In this document: positions 40,115 to 51,490 of the stretch, one piece after another
Layout: each line of letters starts with the position of its first letter
Position numbering within the stretch: position 1 is the first letter of the stretch
DNA from: Batkoa obscura
Taxonomy: Eukaryota
Direction: 5' to 3'
Length of the DNA stretch: 64,000 bases
NCBI GenBank assembly: GCA_030770535.1
Contig: JASVEC010000003.1
Span: forward strand, 1,054,001-1,118,000
Translations under genes and position numbers: made by a program
Notes under the pieces: model-generated
Databases searched by the model: none
The model's input: the letters and a program-made list of their open reading frames with translations, nothing else
What the model was told of the DNA's origin: nothing

Positions 40115-41357
40115 AGAGATAACTAACCAAGTTTCCTTTGGTAACTCTTCTTTTTGAGGCACACAACTCCACGTGGTAAAAGCAGCTTAATAAGAGAGTT
40201 GTTTTTTATGAGCAATTGTGCTTTAAATTATAAATCAGATAATAGTTTATTTTAGTTTCATTTAATATGGTATAATGTAAAGTTTAGTAGTTTTTTAGAT
40301 TATTAACATAAAATTTTAATAGAATTGAAGGCTTATATTATAATAAATAAATTTACACAAAAGAGTTTCAAATTTGGCTATTTATTATGCCAATAGACCA
40401 ACAAATGCTCGATACTTGGTGAAATATTAAACTTTATTAAAACTTATGAAATTGTTATTTTTAAAATTTGTAAAACTGTAGACTAGTTTCAATTTATGAT
40501 CCGTTACTACTAATTATAGTAACAAGCCTTTTTTATAAAGTATTATTTACGTTTATCAAAATTACTATACTATTATAGGCCCTGTCGCGATATACGCTAT
40601 CTCTATGATCAGACTTTTATCACTGTAGTAGACCTTGATAGTATTTTTTTGAACCCATTTATTATTTTAAAAAATATTCTATAGCTTGAACTTCTACTGT
40701 TGTAAAACTGATGTGAAAGAAGCTTCATTACAATCATAATTAATCTTATAACTATAACAAGTTAATATAAAAACATGGTTATTTTGATAACTAAATTATA
40801 AACGGATATTTATTTAAAATACCAAGCTTATAACAATTAAATGAGAGTTAAATTTGATAGAATCAGATAGTTTATAAATCAAGTTTAAAAAAGGAGGATA
40901 AACAAAAAAAAAGCTTAAATAGTAAGTAACTGAGGGTTAGGAAAATTTGTGGATTTTTAAATAATAAATAATGATTTAATAATAATAACTCTTAACTATG
41001 TGATTTAATTACAATAGTATATCAAGTTAATATTTGAAAGTGACATTAAAAATGAACAAGTAGTTTATGCTAATGAATTTCAGTATTATTTTGTAAAATT
41101 AAAGGTTTAATGACTACGTGGAATTTATTAATATTATATAATAAATGAGCATAATAATACAAAATTTGTAAAAATAAAAGGCTTTAAAAATAAGATTAAG
41201 TTCTTCTGTTTCAACCACTTATGTTATCACTTTATGAGAAAAAATGATTGGAGCAATGGATTAGCCAAAATAATAATATTAATAGATATCATCAGCTGAT
41301 AATCGTGTAAGAGAATATAATTGGCTTAAACTGAATATATTATGAAATAAATTAGGG

Positions 41358-41409
41358 ATGAGTCAGTTGCAATTGGAGTCAAAATTTGACAGGTCGAGAG
41401 GTATAAAAA
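41358..41409 (+). promoter_or_regulatory. Candidate Gcn4/AP-1 site (ATGAGTCA) and TATA box (TATAAAA) of the cysteine dioxygenase gene
   Basis: ATGAGTCA at 41358-65; TATAAAA at 41402, 50 bp upstream of ATG 41452. Confidence 0.45.
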
Positions 41410-41451
41410 GGGCAGAAACAGAATTTTAGAACTAAAAAAAAATTGAAAATT

Positions 41452-42189
41452 ATGTTGTCCGCCTTTAACCTTAATAAATTTAAACCAAGTATCGCTTTAC
41501 CTACTTGGTTAAATAGATCTCTTTCTCCCAAAAAGGTTGAAAGACAAGACACTTTGAAAAGTGAAAGCTCTAGCTCAGATGATGACATCGAAGAAGAGGT
41601 AACAACGCCAAAGGATATGGATGAGTTGGTTAAGCTCATACGCATTGAGTTAGGTGAGTATGGTTTAGACTCTGACAAAGTGAATGTAAAGAAGATCCAG
41701 AAGTTAATGGAAAACTACCAGTCCAATTCTTCTGATTGGGAGAAATACGCACATTTTGATAATAATAAATATACTCGTAACTTGGTTGATGATGGTAATG
41801 GTGAATTTAATTTAATTGTATTAGCATGGAATAACGGCCAAAAAAGTCCTATACATGACCATGCTGGTTCTCATTGTATTATGAAGATATTAGATGGTGA
41901 GTTACAAGAACAGTTATATGAATGGCCTGAAGAGAGTGGTGATCAAGCTGAATGCTGTAGAAAGATGAATAATTACAAGAACACAGTTTATTCTAAAGAT
42001 CAGGTTACTTACATGCACGATAACTTAGGTTTACACAGAGTAGCAAACTACAATAGTGACAAACCGGCCCTCTCTCTTCATCTTTATACTCCTCCAATTA
42101 AGCAAGCTATTACTTTCCAAGAAGATAGCGGAGCTAAAAGGAGCGGTGGTAACTGTACTTTCTACTCTATACGTGGAGAAAAAGTCTGA
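41452..42189 (+). CDS. CDO1: Cysteine dioxygenase type I (intronless)
   Basis: YTRNLVD, SPIHDHAGSHCIMK (His-His-Cys), GLHRV, SLHLYTPP (cross-link Tyr). Confidence 0.95.
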   Translation: MLSAFNLNKFKPSIALPTWLNRSLSPKKVERQDTLKSESSSSDDDIEEEVTTPKDMDELVKLIRIELGEYGLDSDKVNVKKIQKLMENYQSNSSDWEKYAHFDNNKYTRNLVDDGNGEFNLIVLAWNNGQKSPIHDHAGSHCIMKILDGELQEQLYEWPEESGDQAECCRKMNNYKNTVYSKDQVTYMHDNLGLHRVANYNSDKPALSLHLYTPPIKQAITFQEDSGAKRSGGNCTFYSIRGEKV

Positions 42190-43521
42190 TATGCTCAAGT
42201 TTTGTTATAATTATTTATTTTTCATCTGTACCCTTCTCTTGAAGTATTTTAATAAACGTTTACTAAATTAACAAGCACTTTACTTCATATGTATCAATAT
42301 TTCAATACATAAATAAATTTGATCTTTTGAGACAATAGCGTATAAACTACTATATTATAATATCATTACAATGTGTTATTAGACTATATGAATATTATAG
42401 TCTTATTTTTAATACCATTGGCATTTTAGAACTTTGAATTTTTATCCAATATATTGCTTTTTAAGCATGCCCTCCACTTAATAAATTAGTATTCTCCAAA
42501 TTCTCCTTTATTTTTATTTACATTACTTTTCACAAAGTATACATTGAACAATAAAATTTCAATTATTTTTATTAATTAAACTTATGCCATTTATTATATT
42601 CTATTTATAAATTGATTCTTTAAGCGTTGCATTATGGAATACCTTTGACATTATATTCTAGAAGCTTTAAGATAGCAAAGCAAATTCAAAGCAACTATCC
42701 AATATGTTTATTATCTAATATCAATAAAACATAAATGATATCAATTGAAACATGTGGTCATCATCTGCTATTGAGAACGAACGTTGAATAACTATTTATA
42801 AAAACAGTGCTATTATGTCATTTCGTAAGTTCATAATTTTCTATTTGTTTCAATTTGCTACTTTATCTTATCACCGTTCTATAAATAAAGCTTTGGATTT
42901 ATTCTTTGTATTATTTTAATGAACAAAACTATATTTAATTCCTGGAAATTAAGTTTATTTTGTACTTTAAATACTTATCATTTAGTAATTAAATAAACTA
43001 TATATGATATTTATCTGTATCTGTAAATCAAAATAATAAAATAAAATTCAACAGAGTTCTAAAGTGTGAAGTAAATTTTAGCTACTTGGTATGTTTACAA
43101 AAATGTGTGGAAGGAAGTTTTGGAAAAAACATCATAATAGGCCCAGATTATAATTCATAACCTTAAACATTGGTAGCTGTACTATTTTTATGTAGAAAGC
43201 AATAAATTAAGATGTGTCCAATTTTAATTAGGTATAATCCAATAAAAGTAAAGAGCTTATTTAATGTAGTGTATCTTTTTTAAAATCATACAAGTCATAT
43301 AGCTTTAAAGTAGTTTAATACCTCATATTAAATATATAAAATGATAAGGGTCAAAATGTGTATCAAGCTTTTATAAAATTTCTATTTTATTATGTATAAT
43401 ATTTGTTTAAAAATCTAAGAAAAATGAATGAACACTAAGGTAATTATTCCATAAACTATAATATTGAAAACATTATAAAAGATAGTAAAGTCAACTTTTT
43501 ATCTTATACTTAAAATATAAA

Positions 43522-44853
43522 ATGAGTACATTAAAATTAGATAACTTACTTGACATTGTAGTTGAAGTTATCTTTTACTTTTTACCCCCAGATGAGTTTT
43601 TTGATTTAAGATTTTAACAAACTATTGTGTAAGCAAATCAATTAACTCATTTTCAATAACTTATGCTATTCCGTTTATTCAGATTCACGAGATTATTCTC
43701 ATATTCAACACTCATTTTATCGAAACCATGGCAACAATATATAATATTTAAAAATAACAAGCAATGAGTTCTACTATATATTATTATGTCCCAAAGTCCA
43801 AACGTTACATATTGACTGTACAGAATCAACTGATATTAGCATGTTGGATAATTTAATACCACACAAATTTCCCTATGTAAAGAACGTAACATTAACCATT
43901 AAAGATAATTACAAAACTATTTTATTAAGACGCATAGGCTTTTTATGTCAAGTTAAAGAATTAATATTTATTGCTAGTGGTTTATTTAACTTAGAGTTTC
44001 TCATCAATTTATTTGATCCTGATAGACTTACAATATTAAAAATCAAGTGATTCAATTAGTTTAAACGGACTTGAAAAGTTAAAAGAATTATTCAGCCAGC
44101 TAAATAAGTTAATTATTATCTGCTATAGCTTTTCATTTCCTTCAAATTTTAACAACACTCGGAACTTTCATTCTCTAGAAACATTCATATTAACAGGTAC
44201 TTCAGTAAAAAAAAGCTGCTTTAAATTGTTTAGGTGATATTTATAAAATTAAAAAAGTATTTATAAATATGTGATTTTTTTCATGGCAATAAAATTAGAT
44301 CCACAGATCTACATATTAAATCTTATGGATTTAATAAACTAACATCTAATATAAGGTTGTTTTTTGATGTTTCACAGTTAAAAGAAATTTATACTAATAG
44401 AATATTTGCGTTTGAGTCTACCTTTAAATTTATTTTACAATTACAGAATATTCGAGTATCATCTATTCGTAATATATCTTGTGTAAATCGGGCAATCAAA
44501 TTAAGTCATTATGTTGTTGAATATACTGGAAACAAGGAGGACACAACACCAGATCATACCATTAACAACTGTATTCACTAATTCAATTAAGGAGTTTACT
44601 TTAGAGCAATGTAATGTTTCGATTGATAATTTACTTAATATGATATTCCTCCTAAGAAATGTTAAAGTAGTTAATTTTATAGGTCGGAAATATTATAATC
44701 AAGTTAAAGCTGTATATGCTAATATATATCACAGTAGGCCTGTTTAATTCAAATTGATAAAAAAATATATAGATAATAGCTCCTATGGCTCAAGCAATCC
44801 ATTTTCTCGCTTTGAGCACCATTTTATTATTAAATATTTTGTATTTATATTTA
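43522..44853 (+). pseudogene. F-box/LRR-like pseudogene (subfamily 1)
   Basis: MSTLKLDNLLDIVVEVIFYFLPPDEFFDLRF then a frameshift; fragments LIPHKFPYVKNVTLTIKDNYKTILL match the paralogs. Confidence 0.75.
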
Positions 44854-45723
44854 AATGTTCTTTAAATAAATATATTTATGCATTTATTTTTTAAATTAAC
44901 TATATGGGGGTGTCCGAATTGGTTTCATTTTTTATCCAATTTTCAAATTATTTTGTCATAATTTATATTGTAAGTTAGCAGAATTTTATCAAATTTAGTA
45001 TAAATTCCTGAATTAGCAAGGCTTTTACCAATATAGCCTATATAGTGATAATAATTAAAGTTGTAGTATGTAATATGTAAATAAATATACATTTTTATAA
45101 AACTTTATTAAGAAACATTTATTATTAACTGCTTTATAGTCAACACTGCAGATTTGCTATCAAATAAATAAATTACTTCAATGTTATAATTACATTATTA
45201 ATATATACTAAGTTAATAAATAGGTGCATGGGAGGGAGTGGTTAGCCCCAAAACTATAATCAACCATCCCTATGTAACACAAGCAGTATAATAATAGTTT
45301 TTAATTATGATTACAACTACTTGCTCTTTGACTATTTATTAACTTAGCTATTGGTAATTTAAATAATATTAACATTTAATGAACTACTTGCTTAGTAAAT
45401 ATTAAAAATTTTAAATTTTCTGCTATTTTTGTAAGATAAACTGGGATTGATCTTTTAATTTTTCTACTCTCTATAGACTCTATAACTTTAATTGGAATTA
45501 TATCGCTTTTTTTTATCTATCAGATACTGGATAACAGTGTAGTTTATTATCACGTTTAATAAAATGATAATACTTTTTAATATCTTGTATTTTTCTTTTG
45601 TATCTTTGTTTCTTTCATACTTTTTAAAAATTATATTTATTTTCCCATTATTGACAGTTGAGTTATTAACTCTATTATGTTCACAAATAAAAATCTCAAA
45701 TTTTGAAATTAACTAATCAATAT

Positions 45724-45822
45724 GGGGGTGTTTTTTTTGGATTCATTATTTTTTCCGTTTTTTAAGCGCTATTTGAATGGAAAGATTGTTAGTAAAATTC
45801 TTAAACAAAAAAATACATCCCC
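45724..45822 (+). mobile_element. MITE inserted in the transposase of copy 2
   Basis: Empty site in copy 1 is ATCA-ATGT-CTTC; here ATCA-ATAT-[MITE]-ATAT-CTTC. Confidence 0.93.
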
Positions 45823-46460
45823 ATATCTTCTATTTTACCTAATCCTTCAAAACCATTTTTCCACTGTGAAAGATTTCCAAAATGTCCGTCAACTATACTT
45901 TTTCCATGATGCTCAGCAAAAAATTAAGATCAATATTTAAACTACTATTTATTTTATAAATTTCTTCAAATATATAATGTAAAAACTCTTAAGATTTAAA
46001 ATGATATCCTGTATCTGCCCATATATTAATTTTTGTAAACTTTTTAAATAAAGGCTCTTTAGATATTAAATCAATTAAACAATCTTCTGCATATTCTGGA
46101 TTATGATTTAATATTTCAGATAAATAATCAAAATAAACTTTGCCCATTATTTTATTATTTTTTAAATATAAAACGCCAAACCCTAATACTGATATAGCTT
46201 GTTTATTATAATGATCTAAATTTATTGGATCTGGTCTTGTTCCTATTTCCATATTTTGTTTAAAGTCTAAAATTATTATACAACTTATATTATTTAATTT
46301 TTCAATAGTTTTATTAAATATGTTTTTTTGAGTATCAACACAAAATTCATGTAGTTTATATAACCTTTTTTCTTTATCAAAAGATTCCTGTATCTCTGCT
46401 TTATTTTTTGTCGCTGTATTTATTTTATTTTCAAATAACTTTTCTCTAACTGTATATTGG

Positions 46461-46942
46461 TGCGAAAGTTGATACTCAGTGGTCGGAGTTAAAAGCTACT
46501 CTTGGTTGATTAGCTTGCCTTGAGTCGAACGGTCTTAGTTTATGTAACTAACATAGACTTAACTTAATAGAAATAATACGTAATAAGCTACGAATTATAT
46601 AAAACAAATATAATAGAAGATACTACTATAAAATCTACGTAAGATATTGTCAGAAAGACTTAGTGACTTTATTAATGATACATTATCAGGGAGTAATCCA
46701 ATTAAAAAAGCCTCGAGTTAGTATGTTGAAGAATTTCTTTTATACACCAACTGGGTGGCTATATATAAGGAACATTATAACAGTTATTTCTTATTATAGT
46801 TGCCAGGTATGGACATTAAAACGTGGATAATAAGTTCTTCATGATCAGGTGGTAGCAATTCTCACAGCAAATCTATATAAGGAACTCTGAATTGATTATC
46901 ATATTATAATCAATCCTAGAGCTAATGAAGCGATATTTCACA
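46461..46942 (-). mobile_element. Solo LTR (482 bp) inserted in the transposase of copy 2
   Basis: TGCGAAAG...TTTCACA; flanks TTGG/CTGG(G); the empty site in copy 1 has a single CTGGG. Confidence 0.78.
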
Positions 46943-47711
46943 CTGGGCACATATATTACATAAATCTGTTTTTCTTGCTGGATTTTTAAAATTATTTGGT
47001 ATGTATTTGAAAAATGTTGACCTAGCTACTGCTTTATCTTTTAAATCATTAAAATATTTAGTATATATCATTCTTCTACTTTTATTTAATATATATATAT
47101 TATCTGACGAATATTTATTATCATTATTTTTTTATTAAATCCTAATAAAATAGTTGAATTATTAAGTAAATATTGTATAATAATCTCAATTTGCTCATCT
47201 TTAATTTTTTTTGTATTTTTAATAATACATTGTAATGTTGGTGTTTTATTATTACTGATTATTTTTGAATAATCATATTAATTTCTACTTATATTAAATC
47301 CAAAACTTCTACATTCATCAAAAGAATATACTGAAGCTATAGTTGATAATAATGCTACTTGCTGGCTTTCATTTCCTGTTTCCTTTAAAGCACTAATTTT
47401 ATACATTGCTTGGTTAAGTTTATTATTATTAATAGTAAAGTTTGATAACTTTTCTTTTCTTTTTTTTGTTTTATTATAAAATTCCATAAACTCTGGGTTA
47501 TTGTCAATAGTTGTTAAAATTGATGTAAATGAATTACAATATTTATATAATGTGCCTCTCCCTATCGTATTAAAGTTCTTAGAAATTCCATTTCGAAGTT
47601 TAGTTATAAAAGCTTGGATTTTATTTTTATTTTAATAAAAAATAAAGTCAAATAATTGTATATTTATGTCTTATGTATCTATTAAACATTTAATGAAAAA
47701 ATACAAAACAC

Positions 47712-48090
47712 TGTGAAATATCGCTTCATCAGCTCTATGATTGCTTATCGCATAATAATCACTTAACTTGTTTACAAAACTAGTTGGAGTATAAAAGAGA
47801 TTCTTCAACATGATAGCTCGAGGCTTTTTAATTGAATTGTTCCCTAATACTGTACTTTTAATAAAGCCAGTAAGTCTTATAGTATTTTACGTAGATTTTA
47901 CGTAGATTTTACGTAGATTTTACAGTAGTATCTTGTATTCTATTCATTTTATATAGTTCGTAGCTTATTGCACACTATTCCTATTAATTTAAGTCTATCT
48001 TAGTTACATAAACTAAGGCCTTTTGACTTACGGCCAGTTAATTAAGCTAGGACTGCTTTTAACTGTAATAACTGAGTACCAACTTTCACA
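47712..48090 (+). mobile_element. Solo LTR (379 bp) nested in Sola2 copy 2 at the same site as 31321-31699
   Basis: Near-identical sequence and the same AACAC/AACAT flanks. Confidence 0.78.
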
Positions 48091-49022
48091 AACATATAAT
48101 CAAAAAAATAAAATAAATAAATAAATAAAATAAGTCTTTTAAATTTAACTTTTATATTTAATTTTAAGCTTTTTAAATTTAGCTAATCATACATTAAAGA
48201 CTTACAAATTTAAAAACTTAAAATTTGGATTAATTTCTAGTTAAATTCTGAAACCAATTCGGACATCCCCATATGATCATGATTTATAGATTTATAGTAG
48301 ACATAAAAATTTTGATTATTAAAATTGGTGTCAAATATTTGTATACTAAAGGATTTTTGATATGCAAATTGATAATCTGATTTGTAAATTCATAATTTTA
48401 TTTATACAAACAGTGCTTCAATTTCTAAAGAAATTGTTTGAATTTGTTCTAAAAAATGATAATAAACTTTATATACACTTTCAACCAAAAAGTGATAATC
48501 TTTTACTTGTTAATTCACTTGCTTTTTTTTATATTAATATCTGATGTAGGCATTTTTAATTATCTAAATAAATACTAGACGGGAGATATAATTTTTTACT
48601 GCACACGACAACATATCGTGATGTATTAATTTTTTAGATACTACAAAAATAAACAAACATATTATATGACATTTTACAAATAGACCAATTGTTCCCTATT
48701 TTTTAATCTTTTTTAATATGATAAAAAACATATTTATTAATAAATATAAATCTTAATTAATCAAAATAATATTTTATAATCGTTTTAACAGACAAAGTTT
48801 AATTCCTTTTCCTTTTAGTATAGCATTTATTAAATATAATTTTATGTACAAAGTTGAATACTATATAACAATAACACAGTTCTACTTAAATAGTTGTTTT
48901 TTATTGTAGATTAAAAAGTAAAAAAATAAACAAAAGTTAAAGTTTGTAAATATGGCATTAATTTAACATGTTAATATTAAAAAGATAACAAAACAAGTAA
49001 TTTTATTTAAACACTACAAATA

Positions 49023-50349
49023 TCATTCAAAAATATCTACAATGACACTGTTATAATATTGGAAATGACAAACTGGATTGTAAAACTCTAATGAACAATC
49101 GTTGACGGATTTTCTATCAATTTGGATTAAAAATGGGTCTTTATAAAAAGTACTTTCAATTAGTTTGTTATTAAAATAATAACATCTTCCATTTATAATT
49201 TTAACTATTCTAATTTTTTCTAAAAGAAATAAAATATGAAAAAAATTGGTAATTGAAATGTTAAATTGTTTAAAGATTATTTTTTTAGTTGATTTAGAGT
49301 GTATAAAACGTTTAATATCCTCATGGTCTGCTTCAAAGTAGTTTTTCTTTAAACAAACGCAATGACAACTTAAGCTAAATTCCAGATTCACATTAAATTA
49401 TCAATAGTTAATACTTGAAGGTTTTCAAATGGTAAAATTGTTCTAAAAACTGACTTAAACGTAATTGTTCCACTAATATAGGTTTCTTTCAATCGAGAGG
49501 CATCAAAAAATGAGTTTCTATTAAACGTTGATTTAGTAAAGCCAAAATAATGGATATTTATTTGCTTTGGCTTGCCTTTATTATCATAAATGAAACAATT
49601 GATGTTTATGTATACTTTAATTTCAAAAATATCGTTTAAACAGCATAAAGGGACTTTGTTTGTTGGAGTTCCTGTTAACTCAAATAGCTCCGGTGAATGT
49701 AATTTAGGAATACTCTTAATAATTGAGTGTATCAGAAAATTATTTGTGATGATTAGTAACTTCTTCAGCTTTATAAATGACTCTTTTAATCTTTTGAGTC
49801 CATTTGAATTGATTGGATTACATTTAATTTTCAATATCACAAGTCTATCAGCATCAAATAGATTGATAAGGTAATCTAAATCAACTAAGCCTCTGGCGAT
49901 GAGTGTTGCTTTTTCCACATGATATAGTAAGTCTGTGTGCTTTAGTAAAATAGTTTTATAGTTATTTTCAATAGTCAATGTCGTATTCTTTAAATAAGGT
50001 GATTTGCGAGGTATTAAGGCATTTAGGATATTAACATTAACTAACTGTGTGTAGTTAATATTTAATATTGTAATATTATAGCATAACAATGAAAGATTTA
50101 ATTGATGATTTATTATTTTTAGATATTGCACACTTCTATTATGTTTCGTATAAAATAAATATTGACTATTTGAATAAGCTGGTAGGGTTGAATAAACGAA
50201 ATAACATAGATTATTATAAATAAGCTGATTGATTTGCCTACACAACGCTTTATTTAAGAATCTTAAATCAAATGGTCTATATGGAGATAGAAAGTAAAGA
50301 TAATACCAACTACAATGTCGGGCAAGCTGTCTAGTTTTAATACACTGAT
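49023..50349 (-). pseudogene. F-box/LRR-like pseudogene (subfamily 1), recently inactivated
   Basis: Alternative frame ISVLKLDSLPDIVVGIIFTF shifts into LSPYRPFDLRFLNKALC; start reads ATC; second frameshift near 49390; otherwise long open frames. Confidence 0.72.
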
Positions 50350-51490
50350 TCTGAATCAAACATTCTGCAAAATTGTCAATTTGGCCTTTTATTTATATTT
50401 TTTGAAATAGCATAGGCTAGAGAAAGGTAGTTTAGTATTATTTGCTTTTATTTATTTACAGCAATATCACTATCATCAAAGTTAATATGCCATCCGTTCA
50501 TTTACTTTTTACAATATCCGAGTTGAGCGTTTTTTATTTAAGTCACGATAAATTTACTTAAGTAGTGATTTATCTGTATTTAGGATCTTATTGTTGAATC
50601 TAAAATAAATCCATAAAAAAGCTCAAATAATGAAGCTGATTTAAAGATCGATTTGTTTAATATAAAAAGGTAAGATTCTTCTTCAACATCCTTTCTCTAT
50701 AAAAAACATATATATTCAAGTCCAAAGATTGATATTCTGAACAAAGATGTTTGTCTTAGGAACCGGCACTTGTAATTAAATTATTTTATCTACTCTAAAA
50801 AAATCCATTACATGAATGATAACAGATATAAAATAAACACCTAAATCCTAGCTTTATTAGCATATTTTGTTTACTTTTACTTATTCATTTTCATTTAAAA
50901 CTTCCGTTAAAATGTTAAAGTTTTTTGTTTAGACATTCTTGTTTTAGATAGGTAGATATTTTAAGATTTGAAAGGTAATTTTTTCAAATTTTAAGTTGAA
51001 TAAAAGTAAACAAATTATTGATAAATCATTCAAATATCCTTAAATCGTCAGTTGCAGTGGTGGATTAACGTATTTCATAGAGGGTAATGATCGAGTAGAT
51101 ACTTGGTTTTTGATGTAAAAGAGCTTCAGTTTTATATAAAGTTTAATTTCAATCAAAAAAATGGACGATTGGTTTAGAAAAGTAGCTACTATCAAAAGTT
51201 AATGGGGTTAGTTAGGTTGGGTCTAGTTTGAGGTTGGAGATGTAGGTTTATTTTGTTAAAATTTATTGGCAGTTTACTTCACAAAAATCCACACCTTTTC
51301 AAAGAAAGTAGGTGCCCCCTTTGATTATGACCCATTACCCAAACCAATTTCAAAATAAACTAAGTGAAGCCAAGGTAATCAAATGTAAGTAAACTATAGC
51401 CTTCGAAATGAAAATTGGAAACTAAAAAATAACAAAACTATAATTATTATTTATTTCCAAGGCAAAATTCAATTGCCTGAAGTTTTAAAT

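Larger units (their letters stand above)
44906..48270 (-). mobile_element. Sola2-like DNA transposon, copy 2 (both TIRs intact, nested insertions)
   Basis: ATAT-GGGGGTGTCCGAATTGGTTTCA ... TGAAACCAATTCGGACATCCCC-ATAT (22-bp TIR, 1 mismatch); transposase broken by a MITE, an LTR and stops. Confidence 0.92.

Noticed and set aside
40088..40130. Helitron 3' end (hairpin plus CTRR)
   Set aside because: The downstream CTAA is followed by C rather than T, and no 5' TC end or second copy is seen
49388..50359. 323-aa ORF as an intact gene
   Set aside because: Its first ~22 residues are the out-of-frame translation of the F-box start, the ATG is lost, and the C-terminus is in another frame
51066..51090. 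ACGTATTTCATAG resembling the 5' end of U3 snoRNA
   Set aside because: The following box A (GATCATTTCTATAG) and other U3 boxes are absent
50912..51358. Frame reading ..IVSCSGGLTYFIEGNDRVDTWFLM*KSFSFI*..MDDWFRK.. | VYFTKIHTFSKKVGAPFDYDPLPKPISK*, suggesting TAA=Gln recoding or a relic gene
   Set aside because: Conserved genes here end in TAA/TAG and use CAA for Gln, so there is no code change; stop density is near random and no homolog is recognised
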